Positions 31,875-42,459 of a DNA stretch of 64,000 bases are shown piece after piece. Positions within the stretch are counted from its first letter, which is position 1; each line of letters opens with the position of its first letter. The DNA comes from Naegleria gruberi (taxonomy: Eukaryota), in the NCBI GenBank assembly GCA_000004985.1, contig GG738895.1; one strand, 5' to 3'. The notes beneath the pieces were generated by a model. That model was not told the DNA's origin. It saw only the letters and a list, made by a program, of their open reading frames with translations, and did not search any database. The position numbers and the translations under genes are program-made.

Positions 31875-32077
31875 TGACATTGAATTGAAATATTTGAGAT
31901 ATTAAGCCTATTAAAGTACAAATTTCTGTCAACACGCTTATTTTTTTGTTTATGAATAGATTTCTACTCATATGCTTATCTTTTGCACATATTAAGTTTT
32001 ACAGCTGTCCTGACCAATGGTTTAAAAAATCTCTTATTAACAAATCTTTCAGATTCCTATTGGTCATTGTAAAAAAA

Positions 32078-33580
32078 ATGTTTAAACAACTTGATCACGA
32101 TTCCTTGGTCAATATTATTGGATTTCTTAACCTTTCTGATGTATTGGAAAATTTTGCCATCATCAATTCCGAAATAAATCAACTTTTTAATGATCGGTAT
32201 GGATACTTGATCTCTTTGATCACAGATAGGATTTTATTCTCGGAAGAACATTTTCTAGCCTTGTTCAATTTTTTAGATAAGAATTTTCAAGTTGAATCAA
32301 TACTAAATGAAGAGGAGAGGGAAGTTATTAATTGTACAGCTTTGAGTAGAATATGTGGGGAGGAAAATCATGATGAGAGGAAGGTGATTGAAAGAGTCTT
32401 GTCAGAGCAGATTAATTGTGTCCAGATTGATAATTATTCCAAGATGAAAACATGTTGGAGTTGTTGTAAGAGGCTGAGCTATTTGAATATTCTGTTTATA
32501 CCTAGGGATAGCGATAGAAACATTGAAGTGTGTTATTGCCCTGGTCATGAAAAATACATTCATTACAGTTTGGATAATTACGGAAAGATTATGAAATTGG
32601 CTGACTCCTACGAATTTTCAAAGGATAGAATTTACAAATTTACTTTGCATTATAAGAATGGATTTAACGTAAAGAAAATATATTCGAAACCAAGAGAATC
32701 ACATAGAAATCAAAAAGAAATAATTCTTAAAAACAAGGAATTGTATATTGAGCTTACAGGCCCGACTCTTTACGAGTATAATACTGTAACATTAATTCAT
32801 CAAGAATCAATTAATAGTGACATTACCATTTCAATACCAAACATTCAAGATTCTGAACATTACAAGAACAGATGTTACTTGGTGAGGAGCGATTTATTTG
32901 TCAGACCACTATATGACATTAATTCTTTCTTCCATGATATTTCAGCTCCCAACAAATGTGGAGATTTGAAAGTATCAAGAAAAGGAGATTCTATTTTATG
33001 GACAATCTCAAAGAAAAATATCAAACAATTAGTATTTCGTTTCATGATTACAAATGCTATGATTCTACCACTTTCGTTGCTCCTATTTGTATATTTAACG
33101 GATTATTCTATTGATTCTATATCAACTGATAATATTCAACTCCTTATGCTTTTTCTTGATTCAGTTTCATTAAGTTGCATTTCCCTTTTTGCTTCGGATT
33201 ATTTCACTAACAGATATCGTCGTGTATCAACGGAAAGCTTTAAATTTCTGGCCAAAATTGGTATTGGAAGTTTTTTCCTAAAACTAGTCATTTCATTCAT
33301 TTTTCCATTCCTTTCTCCAGTAGATACAGCAAGTCCATTTAGATTATCATTGCAATTCACAATCCCTTACATATTTTCTTTATTTACAACCATAGTCTCT
33401 TGTTCCTGTTTAGCTCAAACATCATTTTGGTACGCACGTTCCTGTGATTGGTTTTACAATTTGAGGAAGAAGGAATCAGCACTTGGTAGAGTTTTCAATA
33501 AGTGTCTATCTTGGATAACAAACCTCTCCTCCTTGAAAGGTGTAGACAATGACACAGAAGAACGTTGTGTAGTTAACTGA
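32078..33580 (+). CDS. Hypothetical protein: F-box-like N-terminus plus C-terminal multi-pass membrane region
   Basis: A-tract+ATG at 32078. The N-terminus reads LDHDSLVNIIGFLNLSDVLENFAIINSEINQLF. The C-terminal ~190 aa have several hydrophobic helices. The architecture is the same as 5567..6871. Confidence 0.55.
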   Translation: MFKQLDHDSLVNIIGFLNLSDVLENFAIINSEINQLFNDRYGYLISLITDRILFSEEHFLALFNFLDKNFQVESILNEEEREVINCTALSRICGEENHDERKVIERVLSEQINCVQIDNYSKMKTCWSCCKRLSYLNILFIPRDSDRNIEVCYCPGHEKYIHYSLDNYGKIMKLADSYEFSKDRIYKFTLHYKNGFNVKKIYSKPRESHRNQKEIILKNKELYIELTGPTLYEYNTVTLIHQESINSDITISIPNIQDSEHYKNRCYLVRSDLFVRPLYDINSFFHDISAPNKCGDLKVSRKGDSILWTISKKNIKQLVFRFMITNAMILPLSLLLFVYLTDYSIDSISTDNIQLLMLFLDSVSLSCISLFASDYFTNRYRRVSTESFKFLAKIGIGSFFLKLVISFIFPFLSPVDTASPFRLSLQFTIPYIFSLFTTIVSCSCLAQTSFWYARSCDWFYNLRKKESALGRVFNKCLSWITNLSSLKGVDNDTEERCVVN

Positions 33581-33611
33581 ACGAGTCAAGCTCAAATAAT
33601 AACTTAAAAAA

Positions 33612-34388
33612 ATGCAACAAGATCAAGAAGATGCCACAATAGTTTTCCTGCATGATTTCGCTTTCTATAACCAAAATTCTTCCTCGGAATACTTGGTCAA
33701 TCTCTTGAAGAAAAACCTGTCAAGGCCAAGGACAAGATTTAACATGAAAAAAGTTGACAGTTTCCAAGATTTGGAATTGAGAGAAGATTTACTACGAGGA
33801 GTGTATGGATATGGATTAAAACAATTATCAGAAATTCAAACTAAATGTATCATGCCAATAATATCATCCGAACCACCACTAGATGTTGTTTGCATTTCAA
33901 GCTCGGGGACTGGAAAGAAAACTGCATTCTCAATTGCTCTTCTCCAAAGAATAGACTTGGATCATCAAGCGTACTCTAAAGGAGCACCTCAAGCTCTAGT
34001 TATTACACCTACGAGAGAAATGAGTCAAGTCATTTCTAATCACATCAAGAAATTGGCTCATTATTTGGATGTCAAAGTATTACCTTTCCATGGAGGAGTT
34101 TCAACCAAAGAAACAATCCAAGCTCTAAATGAAATTCAACATGTAGTTGTTGGAACAAACAAATTGATGGACTTAATCAGGTTTAAAGTTTTGAATTTGA
34201 AATATTTGAAACTGATAATAATTGACAGAACAGGTTGTGATTGGCTCGACATGTATGATCAACAGATTTTGAGAATTATCAATGCATCAAACAAATTCAA
34301 CCTTCAAATATGTGTCTTTGGCGATTCGAGAAATATAGGATCGATTGAACAATATCTGAAAGATCCAATTTATTGTGAACTGGAGTAG
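33612..34388 (+). CDS. eIF4A-like DEAD-box helicase domain 1 only, with degenerate catalytic motifs (pseudo-helicase, copy 1)
   Basis: The protein is collinear with eIF4A RecA domain 1. The Q-motif region is FQDLELREDLLRGVYGYGL..LSEIQ. Walker A is SSSGTGKKT, and PTREMS replaces PTRELA. VVGT is present. DEAD is replaced by IIDR and SAT by VFG. It ends at the DPI...E domain boundary. Only ~295 nt remain before the next gene, so no domain 2 can be encoded. Confidence 0.7.
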   Translation: MQQDQEDATIVFLHDFAFYNQNSSSEYLVNLLKKNLSRPRTRFNMKKVDSFQDLELREDLLRGVYGYGLKQLSEIQTKCIMPIISSEPPLDVVCISSSGTGKKTAFSIALLQRIDLDHQAYSKGAPQALVITPTREMSQVISNHIKKLAHYLDVKVLPFHGGVSTKETIQALNEIQHVVVGTNKLMDLIRFKVLNLKYLKLIIIDRTGCDWLDMYDQQILRIINASNKFNLQICVFGDSRNIGSIEQYLKDPIYCELE

Positions 34389-34683
34389 AACTCGACAATC
34401 AGAGTATGTTGATTTGTATGCATCATGTCAACTCTGCTGCATATTCATTAAGCAATATTGGACCAAGTCAAGTGATATCTTCTCCAATTTTCAATTCCCT
34501 TGGTGAGTCTCAACTCTTCATTGATATTCAATGATTTTCCTTTTAATGGAAGATTATTTGAAGAGATTAATTACTAGAAATTAATTAGTCTGTTTGGAAA
34601 GTTAAGTTACAAAAATTACAGTAAATCTAGTTATTGGTTAAAGTTCTCAATAACGTATCATAATTAAATACTTTACAAAAAAA

Positions 34684-35775
34684 ATGGGAAACAATCAACA
34701 ACCCACATCCCAACCACCAGTTTTAAAAGATGGCGCTCTTCCGAGTGTTAGTACTCCATCATCAGCATGTTATGAACGCACATTAATGCAAGAATATTTT
34801 CCTAATAATTGTAAATTAATTCGAGTTTGTGATCATGATGAAGAAAATCGAAGGAAACAAGAGGAGAATTTGAAGAATTATCGGGAGAAATACTTGTCTC
34901 GATGTAATGGAATATTGGAGAAGATGTTACCTGAGGAAATTATTGTTGAAATTTTGTATTACTTGCCAATGAAGAGTTTGATCAAATTACAAATGGTTTC
35001 AAAGAATTTTCGCTTGTATTGGACTGAACTTCCTGGATTGTGGGATAAATTTTCAGATTATCCCAAAATGATGTATATTCCAATGGTATACGAAAGTATG
35101 AGAAGTAATTTTGGATATTATAATGAATTTAGACAAAAATTAATTAATTTACATGAAAAGCCAACACGAAATTTTGATTTTACTGGATATCAATACAAAG
35201 CCATCGTTTTGGGAGATAAAAAGTGTGGGAAAACCATTTTGCATAACAGAGTCTTCAAAGGCGAACCATTTTCTCAAGAATATGTCTATACGATCGGAGT
35301 AGATTTTTCTACCACAATTTCCAAACAAAACATATACATTCAATCTTGGGATACAGGTGGAGATGAAAGATTTAGAACAATTAATATCAATTTCTTTAGG
35401 GGTATGAAAGGCCACTTTTACTGCTTTGATTTGAATAATCACGAGTCATTTGAAGTAATGAAGGACATTTTTCAAGATTGGAAGAATGTATATCTCAAAG
35501 GTGAAGACCTTAGTTCATATTTTACTAAGATTTCATTCGCATTGGTGGGATTGAAATCAGATTTGGAACGCAAAGTATCAAGAGATGAAATTCATGAATT
35601 CTTGGAAAATATTGAACCACTGAAGGATAAGACTTTGCACACCAGTAGAGTCCAATACTTTGAGTTGAGTTCTAAAGAAGATTCAATTTCAGATTTACTT
35701 TTTCCATTTGTCTATAGTTATCATAATGTAATGGAAATACCAAGGCAATATTCAACAAGTATAAGTGAAATGTAA
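34684..35775 (+). CDS. MG-start + F-box + Rab-like small GTPase fusion protein (copy 1)
   Basis: The N-terminus is MGNNQQ. The F-box reads LPEEIIVEILYYLPMKSLIKLQMVSKNFRLYW. The GTPase motifs are G1 GDKKCGKT, G2 YTIGVDF, G3 WDTGGDERF, G4 GLKSDL and G5 ELSSKE. There is no C-terminal Cys. Confidence 0.75.
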   Translation: MGNNQQPTSQPPVLKDGALPSVSTPSSACYERTLMQEYFPNNCKLIRVCDHDEENRRKQEENLKNYREKYLSRCNGILEKMLPEEIIVEILYYLPMKSLIKLQMVSKNFRLYWTELPGLWDKFSDYPKMMYIPMVYESMRSNFGYYNEFRQKLINLHEKPTRNFDFTGYQYKAIVLGDKKCGKTILHNRVFKGEPFSQEYVYTIGVDFSTTISKQNIYIQSWDTGGDERFRTININFFRGMKGHFYCFDLNNHESFEVMKDIFQDWKNVYLKGEDLSSYFTKISFALVGLKSDLERKVSRDEIHEFLENIEPLKDKTLHTSRVQYFELSSKEDSISDLLFPFVYSYHNVMEIPRQYSTSISEM

Positions 35776-35924
35776 ACAAGATGAGATGTCAATAGTTTCG
35801 GTATTGAAATTATTTACAAATAAGAGAACTAAACCACAATACACTGAATAAGGAATATTCAAACACTTAGGGTCAAAAATCCGAGTTTTAATTAATATCA
35901 GCTTGAAAGATCATAATTGTTTTA

Positions 35925-38900
35925 TTAAATCATTAAGAACTGAACAAAGACCACTAAGCACAATACTTCAGTAACAAAATAGCTAGCATTAGCAACAGAA
36001 ACTCTATCCGATTTTCCAGGTGAACCCCTTCTTGATGGTTCTGGAATTGGTTGGGAAGTACTACTTTTTGGTTGTGGAATAGATGGTTGTGGATTAACAG
36101 GACTCTCTCCATTACAATTCATCTCATAAGCTCCAATATCTGGTGCCTTTCCATAATAAGGCATTCCAACATTAGTTCCCTTATCAATCAATGTAATGTT
36201 GCTGTCACATCTCAATCTAAAATCATTAGCCAAATAATCTTTGAAATAATTGGTGGCATTATTGTAATTATTTTCAAAAATGGTGTTTGGTCCAATAACT
36301 GGTTTCCAAATACCTTGGAAATAGCTCCCAACAATTGCAATATAATTGTAATCAGTTTCCCAATATGGAAGAAGATCAAACTTTGCACTAGAAGTTCCAA
36401 TATTCAAGTCAACCAACTGAATAGTATTGTCCAAGAAGGCATTATTCTTCATGGAAACACTTCTTGGATAGTAACTAATCATTGCCGAATCAAAAATTGC
36501 TTGGAATACCAATTCATCAAGAATGGATCTTGTCAACCCTCTTACTTCCTCAATAATTGAAAGACCAGCATTTGAATACGAGAAAGCACCTGTACTGGAG
36601 CTTAATAACCCTCTTTTTGTAACAGCAGTCCAATATGGATAAGCAAGACCATCTTGATCCAATTGAGGAAGAACATAATCTTTGTGAACTGACATGAAAT
36701 TAGTGTCATTAATCACATTGTTAATGAAATTGATAATTTCAGCCTTATCACCACTTGTTAAATCTGAAGCTGTAGAATAAGATCTAATTCTTGATACAAG
36801 AGTTTCATTTTTGGACCAAACTAATTTGTTTCCATTTTCGGTTGGGTTTACAATACTGTTAAAAAGAGTATTCCAATTTGAAGTGGTAGTACTATCTATC
36901 AAAGCACATCTGCTATTATCTGTCTTGACAGCAAATCTCAAAAATGATTGATAGAATTGATTATTATGCAGCACAACTCTAGCAGCATGATTGACACCAA
37001 CTGGACCTCCAATAAAGACATTTCGTCTGAAGATAACTAAACCATTTTGTTCCATCCACATGTTCTGATTACCAAGTTTGTTAATCAATACGTTATCTTC
37101 GAGAACAATGTTATTGATATTGGTAAATTGAATATTATCTGGATGTTGACGATATGAAGTTTGATGCTCAACTCGATTGTTTTTGATTAGAATATTCCAA
37201 TTACTATATGCCAATTGAGTTCCAGAACCAACCCAAATACCATTATTATAATTCTTGTAAATGTACATGTTCTTAATTTGTGAATCGTTCACCATACTTG
37301 CAAAGTTTACACCATTGTTGTGATTATAACTAATCTTGCCGCCATCAACATTAATATTAGTTGCATCTCTGAAACTAAATCCATTTTCACCATTTCCATA
37401 TGAAGAGCAGTTCAATAATTGAACACTATCAGTGAATTGACCAAAAAATCCCATTGAAGCATACTTTCTAAACATCATATCTTGAACAATTAAACCATCC
37501 CCGTAAACTATTGAAATGCCATTGGTCAAGGCAGATGCTTCAAGCATGACACCACTCACCTTAGGATCCTTATCAAGTGAAACTTGAATGATATTTCCTT
37601 CTGCGGTATATTGATTAGCACGAGAGAATGATCCAATATGATTGGCAATAGCATACGAATCTTTCAAGACTATTCCCATTGGAGTAGTAAGTCCTGGCGG
37701 AATGGCATTAATTCCAATAGTATTGGTAGTGGCATTGTAATAGATAATTGTTCGAGGTTGAATGGCATTTCCAAATTGATTGTAATGGTAGAAATCAGCA
37801 CCAACCCAGAAATTATCTGAAACAGGATTTCCTGCAGCATCATATTTGAACATGTCATCAACTTCCAAATAGACTATTCCATTTAAAGTGTATGAAACAT
37901 TCTTTGGAGTGAGATAATTAGTATGATCATATTCATCATCCAAATCATATGGAAGAGGTTTCATTGCCAAACTCAATTTCTCGCCATCTGCATAAATATA
38001 CGAAGTTGAAACTTGAAGTTGACCCTTATAGATGGAAATTGGTGTGGACATGACCTTTTCCAAATTTTTAGGATCAATAATTAATGAACCATCCAAAACT
38101 GCTGAATAAGTTTTGGAATTTCCAGAGGAAGGAGTTGGTGGATTCAAAGGTTTGATAGTAATTGGATGTTTGGAATGGGTTGGGCGATCAAAATAGATTG
38201 ATTCTCTATAGATACCATTTCCAACAATTAAGGTGTCATCTGGAAGTAACATGTATTGAGCTGCATTCAAAGTTGACCAAGCAGAAGATAGACCAAGACC
38301 ATCATTAGAATCGGATCCACTCAATTGATTAACATAGTAGGTCAATCCATTTCTGTTGTGCATTTGTTTACCTTGATAAACAGTAACAGATTGAGATCTC
38401 AAAGTTGCTCCTTTGGAATTTCCTGGATTTCTGTCATAAAAACCAAATTTCAAGATTTTAAACTTTTGAATAGCACTAGAATCGGTATCTGTTACAATGA
38501 CTTGATAATCATTAGCACTGGAACCCAATTTAGCCAACTGAATTGAAATTCCATTTGAAGACCATTCAGCATAAAGTTTGTAAGTGGAATAAAGCAATGG
38601 GACATGAATTAATGCTAATTTGGAGCTAGAATATAAGCGAACAGATTGACCATTCATAATTCTGGTAATGGACATGGTTGGATACAAACTAATCTTGTAA
38701 TAATTGTTTTGGTCAACCAGGAGAACAAAACCAAGATCATAGCTGGTAGATAGAAAACCAGTTTGCAAATTGCTTGAAAATGTAACACCATCAGTAGTGT
38801 CATACGGAGTGTCATAGGTGACAATCGAATCATTTTGATAAATTTGCAACAATTGACTAGCAATACCAACATTTCCTTTTTGGGTATTCCAACCAGCCAT

Positions 38901-39326
38901 GCCATTGCTAAAATTACTCTGCATCAACACCTTCAAACTATTTGGAGTAGGCAATGCAATAGATTGAATAGTAATCATGTGAGTAATGGTTATCTTTTTC
39001 CCATTCACATCATTATACGAAACGTTTCTCATCACCACAGTTTCGCCAATCGATTGTGTACTATAAACCAGAGCTGAATTATAATTATATAAACCAGTTT
39101 TCAATGGAGAACCATCTGCCATTGAATAAGCGATCTGAACTGAAGTTGAAGAATAGGAATCATTGAAATAGGTAATTCTTGGATTTAAAATTACTGAACC
39201 GAATTGATGCATGATAACTTTCTGGATGGGAGTAACGTAGAGTACATCCTGAACAGTTTGTGCATGTGTAACGGTATGAAAAACTGTCAGGAGGAGCAAA
39301 ATGACAAGTGGCAGTTTTGCTTTCAT
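35925..39326 (-). CDS. Large secreted right-handed beta-helix (pectin-lyase-fold, PbH1 repeat) protein with C-terminal Pro/Ser stalk and hydrophobic tail
   Basis: 1133-aa intronless ORF with signal-like MKAKLPLVILLLLTVFHTVTHA. It has a run of PbH1-like turns (NGISIVYGDG.., NGENGFSFRDATNINV, NHNNGVNFAS, NYNNGIWVGS, NIQFTNINNIVLEDN). The C-terminus reads PQPSIPQPKSSTSQPIPEP...LCLVVFVQFLMI. Confidence 0.7.
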   Translation of the reverse strand: MKAKLPLVILLLLTVFHTVTHAQTVQDVLYVTPIQKVIMHQFGSVILNPRITYFNDSYSSTSVQIAYSMADGSPLKTGLYNYNSALVYSTQSIGETVVMRNVSYNDVNGKKITITHMITIQSIALPTPNSLKVLMQSNFSNGMAGWNTQKGNVGIASQLLQIYQNDSIVTYDTPYDTTDGVTFSSNLQTGFLSTSYDLGFVLLVDQNNYYKISLYPTMSITRIMNGQSVRLYSSSKLALIHVPLLYSTYKLYAEWSSNGISIQLAKLGSSANDYQVIVTDTDSSAIQKFKILKFGFYDRNPGNSKGATLRSQSVTVYQGKQMHNRNGLTYYVNQLSGSDSNDGLGLSSAWSTLNAAQYMLLPDDTLIVGNGIYRESIYFDRPTHSKHPITIKPLNPPTPSSGNSKTYSAVLDGSLIIDPKNLEKVMSTPISIYKGQLQVSTSYIYADGEKLSLAMKPLPYDLDDEYDHTNYLTPKNVSYTLNGIVYLEVDDMFKYDAAGNPVSDNFWVGADFYHYNQFGNAIQPRTIIYYNATTNTIGINAIPPGLTTPMGIVLKDSYAIANHIGSFSRANQYTAEGNIIQVSLDKDPKVSGVMLEASALTNGISIVYGDGLIVQDMMFRKYASMGFFGQFTDSVQLLNCSSYGNGENGFSFRDATNINVDGGKISYNHNNGVNFASMVNDSQIKNMYIYKNYNNGIWVGSGTQLAYSNWNILIKNNRVEHQTSYRQHPDNIQFTNINNIVLEDNVLINKLGNQNMWMEQNGLVIFRRNVFIGGPVGVNHAARVVLHNNQFYQSFLRFAVKTDNSRCALIDSTTTSNWNTLFNSIVNPTENGNKLVWSKNETLVSRIRSYSTASDLTSGDKAEIINFINNVINDTNFMSVHKDYVLPQLDQDGLAYPYWTAVTKRGLLSSSTGAFSYSNAGLSIIEEVRGLTRSILDELVFQAIFDSAMISYYPRSVSMKNNAFLDNTIQLVDLNIGTSSAKFDLLPYWETDYNYIAIVGSYFQGIWKPVIGPNTIFENNYNNATNYFKDYLANDFRLRCDSNITLIDKGTNVGMPYYGKAPDIGAYEMNCNGESPVNPQPSIPQPKSSTSQPIPEPSRRGSPGKSDRVSVANASYFVTEVLCLVVFVQFLMI

Positions 39327-39818
39327 TGTGTTTGTTTTTTTTTACTGTGGTGATTTCAATGATAGTTATCATAATTGACTATATTGATTGATTTGCGTAG
39401 TGAGTTTCGTAATTTGTGAACTAAAAGAGTCAACTCCTAGTCAACTGGCGTGTGAAAAGCTTAGAAATTTAAATCTCTCTAAAATTTTATTATTCTGCTG
39501 TCATTGCAATTGACTCTTTGATAAAGCAACAAAATTCAGATCTGGGCAATGGTTTTCCAGGAAAGGAACGGTGTGGCTGGGTTCGCAAAAATTATATCTC
39601 CATTCCATTGCGCCTCAATTACTTTTTTCCGAAAAAAGCGAAACACTGAACGCCACAATTTATACAAACAATTTCTTGAACATTCATTGGTCTCTTCATT
39701 GAATATTGTGAGAACAGTAATCTTAAAAACCTGTAAATGATTGAGGGAAGTAAGTGAATTGGCTTGAAAATGCAGAGATATGTCTATGTGAAAACTATTC
39801 TTTTAAGATAGATGTGAA

Positions 39819-39898
39819 GCAGGGGTTCCCGAGTGGTCAAAGGGGTAGACTCAAGTTCTACTGCGCAAGCTTCGTGGGTTCAAATCCCACCTTCTGCA
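39819..39898 (+). tRNA. tRNA-Leu (anticodon CAA), long variable arm
   Basis: GCAGGGGTTCCCGAGTGGTCAAAGGGGTAGACTCAAGTTCTACTGCGCAAGCTTCGTGGGTTCAAATCCCACCTTCTGCA. All stems pair, the anticodon loop is CUCAAGU, and a T-rich tract lies downstream. Confidence 0.9.
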
Positions 39899-40369
39899 AC
39901 TTTTGTTTCTTTTTCTTTAGTGATTATGACTTGAGCATAATATTGATATTAAATATTTGACATTGTATGTAGAATATAATATGAAAAGATGGTCGCTTTA
40001 TTTCAAGTATATAAAAAGTTAATCAGCAACGATTACAAGCACCTGAATCATCCTCCTTCCTAACAATCCTTGGAAACAGATAAGATGAGCTTAGAGATGA
40101 ACTCAATTTCCAAGTTCTTTAAATGGATGAGATTGAATCACTTATAACACAAATTTTATTAATTGTTGTTTCTTCACAAGTGTAACCTTTTGTTTGTTGA
40201 AACCTTTCTATTACAAATAGTTACTTTTGTCATTTAAGCAATGTAACATTTCAATTATTTCGAATAAATTAGTTTATTGTTATCTTTGACTTTCAACTCT
40301 TTACTTTTGAATAGCCAATCACTCGTATCTAAACATTCTCTTCTCAAAACTATATAGTACAAAACTCGT

Positions 40370-40855
40370 TTAAATCAAAAAGTCAAACTTTTGAAATACT
40401 GGATCAAAATTCGTTGAAAATGAAATACAACCATTAAAGTTTTCCTGTTTCGTACTCTTCACAACAGAGCAACACAAAATTTGGAAAGGTTTAGGTGAGC
40501 TCATATTTGAATCGTACAAGTTAGGAATGGAAGAAGTATCAATTTCAACAATTAGATTACTCGATTCTGGAATACAATGAAAACTCATCTTTTCCCACTG
40601 TGGAGTAAAGCTTGGAAATATGCTGTGTGTTCTACGTGATGAATCAATCACCATAATAATCATGTGTGTCTGTTGTGAGCTATTATTCTCAAAGAAGAGT
40701 CTCAGTTTTTCACCCCTCTTTAACAGATTACTCCTCTCACTTGATTCTCTCGACATTTTACAAGTGTGCATACATTGATAAGCTAGTGATTGTTCCATCG
40801 CCTCAGGTGAATATTGTCGGCTCAATAATTGATGTACTGTAACTTTAGTTGCCAT
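40370..40855 (-). CDS. Hypothetical 161-aa protein
   Basis: ATG-initiated ORF with no recognisable domain. It sits in an otherwise gene-poor 1.8-kb interval. Confidence 0.3.
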   Translation of the reverse strand: MATKVTVHQLLSRQYSPEAMEQSLAYQCMHTCKMSRESSERSNLLKRGEKLRLFFENNSSQQTHMIIMVIDSSRRTHSIFPSFTPQWEKMSFHCIPESSNLIVEIDTSSIPNLYDSNMSSPKPFQILCCSVVKSTKQENFNGCISFSTNFDPVFQKFDFLI

Positions 40856-41735
40856 TCTTGTTGATGTTTTTATTGGTTGTGTGTTTTGTTCCTACTTCCC
40901 AATGAGATGTTGTTCTTTCTTTTTTTCCTAGATGTAAGTTGCGTCTTAAATGATTACGATGTGTGGTGGTTGCCAAACAACAATTAACATCAACAGTGAT
41001 GAAACTTGTACCAAGTTCATTGCTAATGGAAGTTCCTTGACTGTGCGAGAAGGAGTTCAGCATCATTTCAATGATGGGATGAAAATAATTTGGAGTGCTA
41101 CTTGCCGAAGTGATGTGACATGGATAGATGGTTCTGCCTTTGATGATGAACAACTCAATGTCGTTTAGTGTGTTTCAATCGTATTATGAAATGTTGTTTG
41201 GTTCATCATGCACACTGCAATCGATAAGGATTCACTGAATTGAAGAAAGGGTGAACCTTGATGAATTCAATGATAATCTAGATGAACATTTTCTGATGAA
41301 TTTTAAAATGATTATGAGATATTGACCTGTGTAACTTTACAGTACTTTATGTAACTTGACAAAGTTCATTAAATTTTTCAAATAAAACCTATATAATAAG
41401 AATGACAAGATTGATTTGGAAATGAATTTCTTCATTATTCCAAGTCATCTTATTCTTCATTAGTTCTTAATTGTTGATTCAAAGAAGTGAACTTGGTGAA
41501 ATAGAAAAATATTTTCAACAAATTTGTGAAATAAATTACAATTTCAATTTATCTTAGCTCTAATCTAGTTGGATTGTTGTTTGTATACTGTTAATAATAA
41601 TTATTTGAATAAATCTAAATATTTGTACAGAGGTATGTGGTGTGTTATGAATGATCATCATTAATATGGTCCAATTTGTTGTTGTATCATCCTCGTAATC
41701 CTTTCGGAAGAAGTGATCATCCACAATTTGTCCAA

Positions 41736-42140
41736 TTATTTCTTGTCATTCTTGAATCTGTGGTTACAACCCGTACAAATCAACCACAAATTCATACCAC
41801 CTTGATTTTCTTTAGTAATACCAAAACCTGTTTGTAGATAGACAACTTCACTGTGGCCACATTTTGGACAAGCACCAATACCAACAGTACCTCTTGGAAG
41901 AGTTGGATCTTTTGTTAATTCGTTCCAATCAATATTACTCCATTGAATATCCTTGGAAGCTTTAATATCGTTTTTATAAACAGTGTATTCATCTGTTGGA
42001 ACTCTTTCACTAAAATCGCAATGTCTACATTTATATTCGAGTGTTTTGAGTCTTCGGTTTTCTCTTGGATACAACATATTGTTGCATTCTGAGCAAAACT
42101 TCATACCCAATGATCTATCGTCTTCAAGATTGTCCTCCAT
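41736..42140 (-). CDS. DNA-directed RNA polymerase II subunit RPB9
   Basis: The N-terminal zinc ribbon is FCSECNNMLYPRENRRLKTLEYKCRHCDF. The C-terminal TFIIS-type ribbon is CPKCGHSEVVYLQ...LICTGCNHRF. A-tract+ATG present. Confidence 0.85.
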   Translation of the reverse strand: MEDNLEDDRSLGMKFCSECNNMLYPRENRRLKTLEYKCRHCDFSERVPTDEYTVYKNDIKASKDIQWSNIDWNELTKDPTLPRGTVGIGACPKCGHSEVVYLQTGFGITKENQGGMNLWLICTGCNHRFKNDKK

Positions 42141-42459
42141 TTTTTTTTAATTAAAATTATTTTATTGTTGTGATAAAAATACACCTTGTTAATTAAACTG
42201 TCTTGTGAAAATAGTGAAGTAAAGGTTCAAGTTGTTGTGAAGGTGATGATCTACGAAACACAGAAGGTATTAATCATTCCGCTTGTTTGTTATTGATGGA
42301 GTCATGTTCTTATTGTTATGTGTTTGGTCCAAACATGAGATTCTTTCAGGCTGGCATTTTTTAGCTTGGGATTTGCCTGTAAAATATTCTTATTGTAAAA
42401 GAACCCTAGACTGGGTTGGCCAAAATTTGCGAAAGTTTGTCGAAAAAAAAATACAAAAA

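Noticed and set aside
40845-41168. ORF 40845..41153 (-) and antisense ORF 40950..41168 (+) in a locally GC-richer patch
   Set aside because: The minus ORF has no ATG at its 5' end. It overlaps the next ORF out of frame with no plausible splice sites. The plus ORF is short and has no signal or domain. Evidence is insufficient to call either one.
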